Counted from the first letter of the stretch, positions 50,992 to 61,479 are shown. The stretch is 64,000 nt of DNA from an uncultured Chloroflexia bacterium (GCA_963753545.1 CAVWCQ010000008.1:300645-364644), one strand, 5' to 3'. Program-made: numbers and translations. The notes: a model not told the origin generated them from the letters alone.

Positions 50992-52243
50992 ATGAATGAG
51001 CCACTGCCTTTGGGCGAAAACTTTGCAAGTATTAAAGTGGTTGGGATCGGCGGCGGCGGCGGCAACGCGGTCAACCGGATGATCGAAGAAGGTTTGGGCG
51101 GCGTTGAATTTATTGCGATTAACACCGACGCACAAGCCCTCCTGCTCAGCAAGGCCAAGACGCGTGTTCGCGTTGGCGAAAAACTGACGCGCGGCCTCGG
51201 CGCAGGTGGAAACCCCGATGTAGGCCGTAAAGCTGCCGAAGAAAGCGCCGACGAACTGTATGAAGTGCTGCGCGGCGCGGATATGGTGTTTATTACCAGC
51301 GGCATGGGCGGCGGAACGGGCACAGGTGGTGCCCCGGTGATCGCGCAGGTCGCCAAAGAACTCGGCGCGCTGACCATTGGCGTGGTGACACGTCCGTTCA
51401 CGCTTTGAAGGATCGCGCCGCATCCAGGGCGCTGAAGCGGGCATCGAAGCGCTGAAAAGCCAGGTGGATACGCTGATCGTGATCCCCAATGACCGCCTGC
51501 TGCAAATCGTGGACAAGCGCGCCAGCCTCAACGATGCTTTCCGGCTGGCTGATGATGTGCTGCGGCAGGGTATCCAGGGCATTTCCGAACTGATCACCGT
51601 TCCTGGCCTGATCAACCTGGACTTTGCCGATGTCCGCACGATTATGTCGGAAGGTGGGGCGGCGCTGATGGCAGTCGGTCGTGCCAGCGGCGAAGATCGC
51701 GCCCGCAAGGCCGCCGAAGAAGCGATCAGCAGCAGCCTGCTCGATGTGACCATCGACGGCGCGCGCGGCATCCTGTTCAACGTGACGGGCGGCCCCAATA
51801 TGAGCCTGTTTGAAGTGAACGAGGCCGCCGCGATTATCAAGGAAACGGCGCACCCCGACGTGAACCTGATCTTTGGCGCGGTGATCGACGAGAATATGGC
51901 GGACGAAATCCGCATTACGGTGATCGCCACCGGATTCGAGCAGTCTCGCGTGGCGACACGCCGCCCGGTGAATGCTAACGAGCGCATCCGCCCGGCAGCA
52001 GCGAATACAGCGGCCCGCCCGGTCGCTCGCCCGGCACAACAGCCGCAGCAGCAACCCCAGCAGCCGCCTCAGCAGCCCCAGCAGAACCAGGATTTGCTGG
52101 ACGATGACCTGGAACTGCCCGGCGCGCCGCAGCAGTCACAGCCGCAGCAGCAACCTGTGGTGCGCAAGCCCGAAGAGGAATTCACCTCACGGGTGTACGA
52201 CACAAATGACCTGGATATTCCGGCGTTTTTGCGCCGCCGCTAG
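50992..52243 (+). CDS. ftsZ: cell division GTPase FtsZ with an apparent frameshift near 51400
   Basis: GGGGNAVN and [13 protein letters not shown] tubulin motifs in frame 1, ending VVTRPFTL*. The continuation (F)[32 protein letters not shown] and the rest run in frame 2 to the conserved C-terminal peptide [13 protein letters not shown]-rich linker. Confidence 0.9.
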
Positions 52244-52293
52244 GCTTTATTAGCCGGGGCATTGGTTTATCCAGATACCCGCTCTCCTGAACG

Positions 52294-52356
52294 CTGCCTT
52301 TCTGGTCCGGCTGTTTTGGCCTGCCTGCCTGACCGGAAAGGCAGTGTGTTTTTTAT
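52294..52356 (+). terminator. putative intrinsic terminator after ftsZ
   Basis: CTGCCTTTC...GAAAGGCAG stem with an inner GC-rich structure, followed by TGTGTTTTTT. Confidence 0.45.
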
Positions 52357-52606
52357 AACTCTCATGCTGGGGCAAGGGGATAAAGTTTTCTAACGGTAAT
52401 ATAACCGCCAAAAACACCTGAGTCCTGTAACCTGATTCTCTCTTATTTTGGCCCGAATACGGATCAGCCGGGCGAAAAACGAGGATGTGGGAGCGGAGCG
52501 TTTTAAGCTATCGGGATAATGTTTTCTAACCGTAAAAAAACCACCAAAAGTACCTGGGTACTATGTCATAGAATGTCTGTTCATGTTACTATAAAAGTCC
52601 ACTGTA

Positions 52607-52654
52607 CCCCCACATATGGGGGGTGGATGGCAGTGGAACCCCCATATATGGGGG
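52607..52654 (+). promoter_or_regulatory. pair of NrdR-box-like palindromes upstream of nrdR-nrdJ
   Basis: CCCCCACATATGGGGG (52607-52622) and CCCCCATATATGGGGG (52639-52654), centres 32 bp apart, ~80-125 nt upstream of nrdR. Confidence 0.55.
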
Positions 52655-52731
52655 TAGTCCTCAAGATTTACGTGTACAACGACAGTTTGTAACCCTATAT
52701 ACGGTCATTAAAAGAAAATCAGGGACGACCT

Positions 52732-53244
52732 ATGAAGTGTCCGTACTGCGACGCGGATAATGCATCGTCTGTCATCGACACGACACGCGATTTGCAGGAT
52801 GGCATCCGTCGCCGGCGGGAGTGCCAGGTTTGCGGGCGGCGTTTCAGCACCTATGAACGCGTGCTGCGGGCCACACCGCTGCTGATCAAAGGAAATGGGG
52901 ATCGGGAAGCGTTTGACCGGGAGAAACTGATCCGGGGGATTCGGATTTCCTGCGCGAAACGCCCTATCCCTGCCGCTGCTATCAATGATCTGGTGGACCA
53001 GATCGAAACGCACCTTCAGAACATGGGACGCGATGAAGTCTCCAGCCGGGTCGTAGGGGATATGGTGATCGAGGGGCTGAAAGCACTCGATCCGATTGCT
53101 TATATCCGCTATGCGATTGTTTACCTGGGGCTGGACAGTTTGACCAGTGTACGGGATATGCTGGACAGCTTGCTGGGCGAACGAAATGTGCCCGTGAACT
53201 TGCAGGATGGTGCAAGTTCGGAGCCTGACGCGCCGCCGTCCTAA
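52732..53244 (+). CDS. nrdR: transcriptional repressor NrdR
   Basis: Zinc ribbon MKCPYCD...CQVCGRRFSTYERV plus ATP-cone. Confidence 0.9.
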   Translation: MKCPYCDADNASSVIDTTRDLQDGIRRRRECQVCGRRFSTYERVLRATPLLIKGNGDREAFDREKLIRGIRISCAKRPIPAAAINDLVDQIETHLQNMGRDEVSSRVVGDMVIEGLKALDPIAYIRYAIVYLGLDSLTSVRDMLDSLLGERNVPVNLQDGASSEPDAPPS

Positions 53245-53351
53245 AGCACATCAAGCCAATTTGAACATTTCGTGGATGGTTCGACCTGTTCAGGCGCAGA
53301 ACCCAGTATTTGATTTTTGTTTTTCCGGGCTGCGCCACACCGATATCACGG

Positions 53352-56310
53352 CTGCACAAGGAGATGGAAATGGTGGATGTGAGGAAGAAGAAGAACAAAG
53401 ATGTTGATCCGCGTGCAAATGGCTTTCAGAAGTTGACGTTACCGTCCGACCTATCGCGCGATATCCCGCTGGGGGAGAACGCGCGAACGGTGCTGCGCAA
53501 ACGGTATCTGCGGCGCGGCGAAGACGGCCAACCCGTTGAAACTGAACAGGAAATGTTCTGGCGCGTTGCCTATCATGTCGCGAAGGCCGAGGAAGAATCG
53601 GGCGGCGATGTGGACGGGGCAGCGCGCTCTTTTTATCACCTGCTGACGGATTTACGATTCTTCCCGAACAGCCCGACTTTTACCGGGGCGGGTACTCCGC
53701 TGGGGCAGCTTGCCGCATGTTTTGTGCTCGCCATCGAAGACGATATGGGCCGGACAGGCACGGGCATCTTCGAGACGCTGCGCAATGCCGCGCTGATCCA
53801 GCAGACGGGCGGCGGCAACGGCTTTTCGTTCAGCCGTTTGCGTCCCAAAGGGGCGATTGTGCGCTCATCCAACGGCGAGGCAACCGGGCCGATTGGCTTC
53901 CTGCGCGTCTACGATCAGGCGTTTGGGGAGATCGCTCAGGGGGGAGTCAAGACGTGGGGCGAATATGGCTGTATTGCGGGTGGATCATCCCGATGTGCGC
54001 GAATTCATCACCTGCAAGACGGACGAGAACCAGATCACCAATTTCAACATCAGCGTGGGCATAACGGATAAGTTCATGTCCGCTTGTGAAAAAGACGAGG
54101 ATTTTGACCTGATTAACCCGCAGGATGGCAAGGTCTGGGAAACCGTTCGGGCGCGCGAATTGTTCGATCTGATCGTCAAGCATGCCCATCACAACGGCGA
54201 GCCGGGCGTGCTGTTCCTGGATGCCGCCAACCGCGATAATCCCGTGCCACATCTATACGAATTGGAGAGTACGAATCCTTGTGTGACTGGGGATACGCTT
54301 GTCGCGACTCCTGCTGGTTGGCGGCGAGTAGATGAGATTCAGGCCGGGGATGTGATCTGCACGGTTCTCGGCACTGGGCGCGTTGAAACGGTCGAGGTTC
54401 ACGATGCGATGCCCGTTTACGCGGTGCATTTCTCCGATGGCGGCATGGTAAAGGCGACAGCAGCCCATCAGTTTTATGTGTATGATCCCCTGTCTGATTC
54501 CTATGTGCCGCGCCGGGTTGACCGCCTTCGTTTGGGCGAAGCCGTGCATGTGTTCCAGCCTGTGATGGCGGGTATGGTGGAAGCAGAGCAGGTCGATCAG
54601 ACTGCAACAGTGGTTCAGATCGAAGAGGCCGGAGTTGATACGGTGTACGACCTCTATGAGCCGGAAAGCGATACCTGGATCACCGAAGGGTATGTCTCGC
54701 GGGGCTGCGGCGAGCAGTTCCTTGGCCCATATGAAAACTGCTGCCTGGGATCGATCAATCTGGCCCAGCATATCACGGCGGATGATCGCGTGGATTGGGA
54801 CAAACTGCGCGAAGCGGTCGAACTGTCTACGCGCTTCCTGGATGATGTCGTATCCGCGAACAAGTACGTGCCCGCCGTGCCGGAGCTAGAGAAAGCCGCT
54901 CACCGCGTTCGCCGCATTGGGCTGGGGATCATGGGGCTGGCGGATATGATGTATGCGCTCGGCGTGCGCTACGGCTCCGTCGAGGGGCAGGAATTTGCCA
55001 GCCAGATCATGGAATTTGTGCGCTTCCACGCCATGCGGACCAGCATCGAACTGGCGCAGGAGCGCGGCCCCTTCCTGGCAATTGAGGGCAGCATCTATGA
55101 TCCCGCCAATCTGAAGTGGCAGCCGCCGAAGTCGCTGGTTCCGTATAAACACGACTGGGGCCGTCCGGCACTGGATTGGTCGCTGATCGTGGCGGGGATC
55201 AAAGAGCACGGAATTCGCAATGGGGCGCAGTTAACTACCGCTCCAACCGGAACAATTTCTACGGTTGCGGGATGCGAGGGTTACGGCTGCGAACCTGTCT
55301 TCGCGCTGGCCTATATGCGCTATGTGAACGACAACGGCAAAAAGCTCACGCTGCAATATACCAGCCCGCAGTTCGAGAAGGCGCTGCGCGACGCCGGGCT
55401 GGATGATCCGACAATCAAGCGCATTGTCGAGCAGGTGAACCAGACAGGAACCTGCCAGCATATCAAGGAAGTGCCGGAGCATATCCGCCGCGTGTTTGTC
55501 GTCAGCGGGGATGTAAGCGCTGAGGAGCATGTTCGGATGCAGGCGGCACTGCAATCGTTCACTGACAATGCTATTAGTAAAACTGTGAATTTTCCCGTCG
55601 GGGCTTCTGAAAAGGATGTAGCGACGGCCTATATGCTCGGCTGGAAGCTCGGCTGCAAGGGGCTGACCGTCTATGTGACCGGGAGCCGCGAAAAGGTCGT
55701 GTTAGAGACGGCGGAAACGGCGAAAAAGAAGGAAGCGCCGCAGCCTGCCCCACAGCCCATCGCGCAGAGCAAGACACTCTTTAACGAGGAAAAGAAACCA
55801 CGTCCCCGCCATCTATCGGGCAAGACGTACCGCGTCCAGACGCCGCTCGGATCAACTTATGTGACCGTCAATGAGAACGGCGAAGGCGCGGGCCAGCCTT
55901 TCGAGGTCTTCCTGCACAACGCCAAAGCCGGATCGGAGACCGCGGCGGTATCGGAAGCGCTGGGGCGGCTGATCTCCTACCTGCTGCGCCTGACCTCAAC
56001 GGTCAGCCCGCGCAACCGCCTGACCGAGATCGTCCGGCAGTTAAGCGGCATCGGCGGCGGGCAGTCGGTTGGATTCGGCCCGGCGCGGGTGCGGAGTTTG
56101 CCGGATGGCGTGGCGCAGGTCTTGCAGGAATACCTGGACGAGAGCGAAGGACTGCTCGATGAGTCCGTTCCGGCGGCGGAACCTATATCGGAGAAACAGC
56201 TCACGCTGCCGTTGAAGCTGGGCGATCTGTGCCCGGAGTGCGGATCGGCTACGCTGGTCAATGAGGAAGGCTGCCGCAAGTGTTATAGCTGCGGGTTCAG
56301 CCAGTGCTAG
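53352..56310 (+). CDS. nrdJ: adenosylcobalamin-dependent ribonucleotide reductase (class II, NrdJ) containing a mini-intein. Apparent frameshift near 53950 at an extra A in GTCAAGACG.
   Basis: [40 protein letters not shown]...[19 protein letters not shown]-terminal Cys cluster. Removing one A restores [20 protein letters not shown]. Confidence 0.85.
54280..54705 (+). other. 142-aa mini-intein inserted in the NrdJ NPC-GEQ active-site motif. Non-canonical C-terminus.
   Basis: Block A CVTGDTLV, block B TAAHQF, block [23 protein letters not shown], then +1 Cys (CGEQ). The last two residues are RG rather than HN. Confidence 0.7.
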
Positions 56311-56423
56311 CCCCTCATCCCGTCTGAACTTCGTTCTGCCACCCTTCTCCCACGCAAGGCATGCTTGCGTCACTTCGTTGCGGCGCATGCACCGGGGAGA
56401 AGGGAGAATCGAACTCTTCTGTT

Positions 56424-56454
56424 GGGGCGCTATGTGCGCCCCATTGTTTTTCTT
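56424..56454 (+). terminator. intrinsic terminator downstream of nrdJ
   Basis: GGGGCGC-TATGT-GCGCCCC followed by ATTGTTTTTCTT. Confidence 0.6.
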
Positions 56455-56474
56455 CGTTAAAAGGTGAACAGCAT

Positions 56475-56849
56475 ATGAGCTACGGATATTTGATTGGCCC
56501 AATGGGGAATTCTGATTTGAAGGTCGATTTTGAGCACATTATTCGTAGCTTACAACAGACTTGGAGAGGCATTTCAGTGTGGGAAGTCTCAGTCGGTTCA
56601 TACCTTCTTAGGTGGAAAGCCGAAGTGAGAGGTTTCCGGGTTCTTGGCGGACTTCAATCGAATGCTCAGACAATCTCAATAGACCATACTGACACAACAG
56701 TAGATGCGGAATTTGCGTTATGGTATCGTAGGTTTGTTCCTCCAGAGCATAAACTGTTTTTGTATTCAGGACCGAGATGGGAAACGCCAATAGAGCTTTT
56801 TCCCGATACCTCTGTTGAGGAAGTGCTTGCCTGGATCGATCAAGGTTAA
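56475..56849 (+). CDS. hypothetical protein (124 aa). Markedly lower GC than neighbours.
   Basis: ORF with ATG at 56475 after an AG-rich stretch. No known motif. Confidence 0.35.
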   Translation: MSYGYLIGPMGNSDLKVDFEHIIRSLQQTWRGISVWEVSVGSYLLRWKAEVRGFRVLGGLQSNAQTISIDHTDTTVDAEFALWYRRFVPPEHKLFLYSGPRWETPIELFPDTSVEEVLAWIDQG

Positions 56850-57883
56850 ACACCCCTCTCCCTGCACTTTTCTGCATGGGAGAGGGGCAGGGGTGAAGGG
56901 CTACGCCTCCGCCAGCATCTCGCCCAGATCGGCGGAGTGGTGGACTGACGCTGCGGGGTGACGTTGCAGGCCGGGATATCCCAGCGGATCAGACGGATTT
57001 CGCCGCGATCAATTTCGATGCCCGTGATGCAGTCCGTGTGGACACAGCAGCCATCATTCAGATAGTTGGCGGCGCGGATTGTGGTGGCATCGATCTGCTG
57101 ATCCTGGCAAGCGCAGGATTCGAACATAGCGCGGTGGGTGTGCCCGGCGATCAGCAGCAGGCCGCTGGCGCGCGCCCATTCGTAGAGATTCTGGTCACGG
57201 CGGCGGCGGATCAGGTTATTCTCGGCGGCGCGCAGGCTGCTGACCTCAAACGTGTTTTGCAGAGGCCGCCACAGATGGCGGACGATGCGGCGGCTGATCC
57301 AGGAGAGGCGATCCGCGTTCATATCGCCCTGGTGCCCATGTACGATAAAGATACGATTGCCCAGTACGACGGCGGGATGCACCTGGATGTGTCCAAGCGC
57401 GGGCCACAGATGGCGGCGGACACGCTGTGGATCGGCCCAATCTTCATCGTGATTGCCGTAGATGCGCAGATAATGGTTGTGGCCCTCGCGGGCAAATTCG
57501 CGTTCCACAGCAAAAACGTCGCTTTCGTAAGCGTCGATAATGGCGGAATAGGGGGCTTTCCAGCCCTCTTCGATATCTCCGTTGAGCACCAGACGGTAAC
57601 CGCCGCCGCGATAGTAGTTCAGAGCGTGCAGATAGATATCGCGATTATGCAGAAAATCGTCGCTGCGGGGCTTGCCGTCACCCTTGTGGACATCGCTCAG
57701 AATGATGTAGCGGTCCTTGTGGAGCTGGAAGGTCGGGATGCGCAGCGCACTATGCCAGGCACCGGTCAAAGCTTCGAAGGTTCGCGCGCGCTCACTGGGG
57801 CGCAGACGTGGCTTGGGTAACTCTATCGCTGGCCGCGCCGGGGCCAGGTCAAACGGGATCCATTTCCGTTCGTTCGCTGTCAT
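56846..57883 (-). CDS. calcineurin-like metallophosphoesterase
   Basis: Motifs GDVHKGDG, GNHD, GHTH. Confidence 0.7.
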   Translation of the reverse strand: MTANERKWIPFDLAPARPAIELPKPRLRPSERARTFEALTGAWHSALRIPTFQLHKDRYIILSDVHKGDGKPRSDDFLHNRDIYLHALNYYRGGGYRLVLNGDIEEGWKAPYSAIIDAYESDVFAVEREFAREGHNHYLRIYGNHDEDWADPQRVRRHLWPALGHIQVHPAVVLGNRIFIVHGHQGDMNADRLSWISRRIVRHLWRPLQNTFEVSSLRAAENNLIRRRRDQNLYEWARASGLLLIAGHTHRAMFESCACQDQQIDATTIRAANYLNDGCCVHTDCITGIEIDRGEIRLIRWDIPACNVTPQRQSTTPPIWARCWRRRSPSPLPLSHAEKCRERGV

Positions 57884-58204
57884 ATTGTTTCCTGTAGCGG
57901 CTGGTAGCCAGCCGGTTGGTTGCTAGTATTCGAGTCAAGAAAGAACAAGTCTGTTCGCTTGATCTTCTTTGACTATAGGGCGAATTGATTAAAATTCAAC
58001 CCAATCTTCATTAAGAATATATTAAATCTCACGTTGTTTTTAGAAAAGGTGATTGATCTGGAATTTATCATGAGTTTCGTAACAATTCGCTTCGATAGAA
58101 TCTACCAGATGGAGACTCAGTTGCACAGCGTGACGCGGTTGCACAGCGGGCCAGGGAGTGTTAAAAAAGAGCAGCAATAATGGCGGCACGGGATGGAGCA
58201 TTTC

Positions 58205-58747
58205 ATGAAGCGCTGGTTGGTAGGAATGACAGCAGGCTGGTTGATTCTGACCGGATGCGGCAAGGAACAGCAGAAATCGACGCCGGTCAGCCCACAGCAG
58301 CAGGAGACGGCAACCAGTGTCGCGGCGACGGTGGAATTTGTCGGGCCGCGTAACAAGCCGCTGCCCCAGGTCGATCCGTTTGCCTTTGAAGCGCCGCTGA
58401 CAGCGGGTGAATTTCGACGCCAATCGGTGGAAGGGCACACCACTTCCATGCAGACGGGCGGGCAACTGGTGACCTATAAGAACGAAGCGGGCAGCGTCGT
58501 GCTGACCATATATTATCTCGATACGACCGACGAGGCCCTGGATACCGTGCGTTTTGCCCTCTCGTCAAGCTCCCTGACTAAAATGATTGATGAGCCCGTT
58601 TACAGCGTTCGATGGAGTTTCGGCGTCGCGCAGGATCGCTTCGGCGGATATCTGGCGGCATGGAGCCACGATAACTGGTGCTTTATGGCGCGCACTACGG
58701 ATAATCTGAGCGTCCTGCAAAGTTTTTTAAATGCTTTCCCCTACTGA
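58205..58747 (+). CDS. putative lipoprotein, hypothetical
   Basis: MKRWLVGMTAGWLILTGCGKEQ lipobox-like signal. Confidence 0.4.
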   Translation: MKRWLVGMTAGWLILTGCGKEQQKSTPVSPQQQETATSVAATVEFVGPRNKPLPQVDPFAFEAPLTAGEFRRQSVEGHTTSMQTGGQLVTYKNEAGSVVLTIYYLDTTDEALDTVRFALSSSSLTKMIDEPVYSVRWSFGVAQDRFGGYLAAWSHDNWCFMARTTDNLSVLQSFLNAFPY

Positions 58748-58758
58748 TCGAGTCGTGC

Positions 58759-59385
58759 ATGCGTGATAAATTCAAATTGAACAAGCGGCGCTGGTTTATT
58801 GGGGCCGTGCTGTCAGGTGTGGCCCTGGTCATGATCGGCACGTTCGTCCTGGTCGTTGTCATTGTATCCTACGGGCAAGAGGATCACGCTCGACACGCTG
58901 ATGTGATTATCGTCCTGGGCGGCGGGCACTCTGGCACGGCGCGGCGCGCGCACCATGCCGCTGTGCTTTATGCCGAGGGCTACGCGGATAAGGTGATCTG
59001 CTCCGGGGGCAGGCTGCGGCAGGATGCTGACGGCGAGGCGGAGTGGTGCGCCCACGTTTTGCGCAGACGCGGCGTGCCGGAGAGCGCGATCATCCTGGAG
59101 CCGAACAGCCGGAGTACCGAAGAAAACGCCATCGAGATTGCCCGCATCATGAGCGAAAACGGCTGGCACGACGCGGTGCTGGTCAGTGATGACTATCACC
59201 TGTGGCGGGCGCACTGGATGTTCGAGCGGCATGGGGTGACAGTGTTTCCCAGTCCGGCGCAGGTTACCGATCATTCGCTTGGCCTGCGCGAAGAGGCCGG
59301 GGCGGTTGCCCGCGAGCTTCTGGCGACAGGCTGGTTCGTGAGCAAGTCGCTGCTGGGACTGAAGGAAACACACACCCGTTTCTGA
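58759..59385 (+). CDS. DUF218 (YdcF/SanA/ElyC-like) membrane-anchored protein
   Basis: N-terminal TM helix. DVIIVLGGG...KVICSGG resembles the DUF218 core. Confidence 0.6.
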   Translation: MRDKFKLNKRRWFIGAVLSGVALVMIGTFVLVVVIVSYGQEDHARHADVIIVLGGGHSGTARRAHHAAVLYAEGYADKVICSGGRLRQDADGEAEWCAHVLRRRGVPESAIILEPNSRSTEENAIEIARIMSENGWHDAVLVSDDYHLWRAHWMFERHGVTVFPSPAQVTDHSLGLREEAGAVARELLATGWFVSKSLLGLKETHTRF

Positions 59386-59428
59386 AATTGCTGTACACTT
59401 AGGGCACGTTCGCGTTGGAGAAATTTTT

Positions 59429-59791
59429 ATGCCCAAAATACTTATTGTCGAAGATGATGCCGACCTGCAATACCTGTACAGCTCCATGCTGGCGCGGCAC
59501 GGATACGAGGTGGTGGTCGCCGTCAACGGCTCCAGCGCGATCCTCAACCTGACCAACAGCGACTTTGACCTGATCGTGCTTGATATCAATATGCCGGACC
59601 TGTCGGGTATGCAGGTCGTCCAGTTTATGCACCAGGATGCGCGCCTGAAACAGATCCCTGTTGTCGTCGCGTCGGCCAATGAGCGTTGGCGGCGGGAACT
59701 GTTCGAGTTGGGCATTCAACATTATTTGATCAAACCCGTTGCGCTTCAGGATTTGCTGGCGCTGGTCAACAAACTGGTGAAACGAAACTAG
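59429..59791 (+). CDS. single-domain response regulator receiver
   Basis: KILIVEDD...LIVLDINMPDLSG...VVVASA...IKP. Confidence 0.8.
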   Translation: MPKILIVEDDADLQYLYSSMLARHGYEVVVAVNGSSAILNLTNSDFDLIVLDINMPDLSGMQVVQFMHQDARLKQIPVVVASANERWRRELFELGIQHYLIKPVALQDLLALVNKLVKRN

Positions 59792-59889
59792 ACACCGCTG
59801 CTATTTTTGATATCCTCCACTGCCAGCAGCGGACATCGTACCTATAATCCACCATAGGGTTTTACAAAAACTTTCAAGGAGGATCATTC

Positions 59890-60960
59890 ATGAAAGGCTT
59901 GAAGATTCTGTTTATTGTCGCCATGCTGGTCGCCGCGCTTACGCTTCCGGCGGTTTTGGTGCAGGCTCAGGATGATGCCCAACAGGGGCAGATTTTGTTC
60001 TGGTCGGATCGGGATGGCGATTTTGACCTGTATACCATGAACGCGGACGGCAGCGGCGACGCGGTAAATCTGACGTTAAACGACGCCGGAGATGCCTGGG
60101 GAGTCTGGTCACCGGATGGCAGCAAAATCGCCTTTGAGTCGGATCGGGACGGGCACCGGAAAATCTACGTCATGAACGCGGATGGCAGCGATGCCCGCAG
60201 TTTTACGGAACCCGACGCGCGGGATACGGGGCCAGCCGCCTGGTCGCCGGAGGGGGATCAGATTGCCTTCATGTCGTTTCTCCGTGATGACGGCGTAGCC
60301 TATCTGGTCGTCGCGGCGGTGGATGGCAGCGATGTGCAAAAACTGACGCCAGGACTGCCGCCTACTTTTCTGGCAAACACCGTGCGCTGGTCAGGCGATG
60401 GGGCACTGATTGTTTTTGAGGGGCCGAGCGGTGAGGACACCATTCAAGATGTTTACAGCATCAAACCGGATGGCAGCGACTTCCAAAATCTGACGCAGAC
60501 CCCGGCAGCCGAGGTCTGGCCCGACATTTCGCCAGATGGCGCACAGATTGTTTTTGGCGCGGAGCAGGGCGCGGGCAGTGCCGATATGGATATCGTGGTG
60601 GTGAATGTCGACGGGAGCGACCCGGTTAACCTGACGAACACACCCGAGCGCGTTAAGTCGCGGCCCGTCTGGTCGCCGGACGGGAGCCAAATCGCCTTTA
60701 TGTCCAGTTCGCTGCAAGATACGGCGGACCGCGAAATCTACGTGATCAACGCCGACGGCAGCGATATGAGACTGCTCACCAGCGGCGGGAACCAGAAAGA
60801 CTTCCCGGCGTGGTCAGCGGACGGCGCGCAGATTGCCTATCAGGTGACGGACATGCAAGGCGTGCAGGATATCCAGGTCGTTAACGTGGACGGCAGCAAT
60901 GCCCAGCAACTGACGCAGGACGACGCGACGGATTATTTCCCGCAGTGGAAGCCTGAATAG
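59890..60960 (+). CDS. secreted PD40/TolB-like beta-propeller repeat protein
   Basis: Signal peptide. Repeated WSPDGS...IAF...DRDG blades. Confidence 0.7.
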   Translation: MKGLKILFIVAMLVAALTLPAVLVQAQDDAQQGQILFWSDRDGDFDLYTMNADGSGDAVNLTLNDAGDAWGVWSPDGSKIAFESDRDGHRKIYVMNADGSDARSFTEPDARDTGPAAWSPEGDQIAFMSFLRDDGVAYLVVAAVDGSDVQKLTPGLPPTFLANTVRWSGDGALIVFEGPSGEDTIQDVYSIKPDGSDFQNLTQTPAAEVWPDISPDGAQIVFGAEQGAGSADMDIVVVNVDGSDPVNLTNTPERVKSRPVWSPDGSQIAFMSSSLQDTADREIYVINADGSDMRLLTSGGNQKDFPAWSADGAQIAYQVTDMQGVQDIQVVNVDGSNAQQLTQDDATDYFPQWKPE

Positions 60961-60999
60961 CCGATCAATCAGCCCCCGGACAATAGCGGGGGCATCTCT

Positions 61000-61479
61000 A
61001 TGAGAGAGTGCACTGTGGCGAAATATATCTATGGCGAACGGATTGGAAAGTCTGCCCGGCTTCGTACCGGATGTTCGGCAGTGATCTTTGATGACGACCG
61101 GCGAGTATTATTAACCCGCCGCGCTGATAACGGGCGGTGGTGTCTGCCAAGCGGCGGCGTTGACCCTGGTGAAAGCGTGGCGGAAACCTGCATTCGCGAA
61201 GTGAAAGAAGAAACGGGTCTGGACGTACGCATCACCCGGTTGATCGGCGTGTATTCATCGCCTGACATGATTATTGAATACGAAGATGGCAACCGTTGGC
61301 AGCTTGTGGCTCTGTCTTTTGAAGCGGAAATCATTGGCGGGCAGTTGCAACTCAGCAACGAAACGACTGGCTATGGATTTTATAGTGTAGCTGATATGGC
61401 AGCGATAGATGTGATTGAACCTCACCGCGAACGCATCTCGGATGCGCTTCTTCATGAGGAGAAAACGTTTATTCGCTGA
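61000..61479 (+). CDS. NUDIX hydrolase
   Basis: Nudix box LPSGGVDPGESVAETCIREVKEETGL. Confidence 0.8.
   Translation: MRECTVAKYIYGERIGKSARLRTGCSAVIFDDDRRVLLTRRADNGRWCLPSGGVDPGESVAETCIREVKEETGLDVRITRLIGVYSSPDMIIEYEDGNRWQLVALSFEAEIIGGQLQLSNETTGYGFYSVADMAAIDVIEPHRERISDALLHEEKTFIR

Noticed and set aside
51380-51470. Programmed ribosomal frameshift in ftsZ. The same idea could apply to other split genes.
   Set aside because: There is no slippery heptamer or stimulatory structure, and many unrelated genes show the same defect. Random indel errors explain it better.
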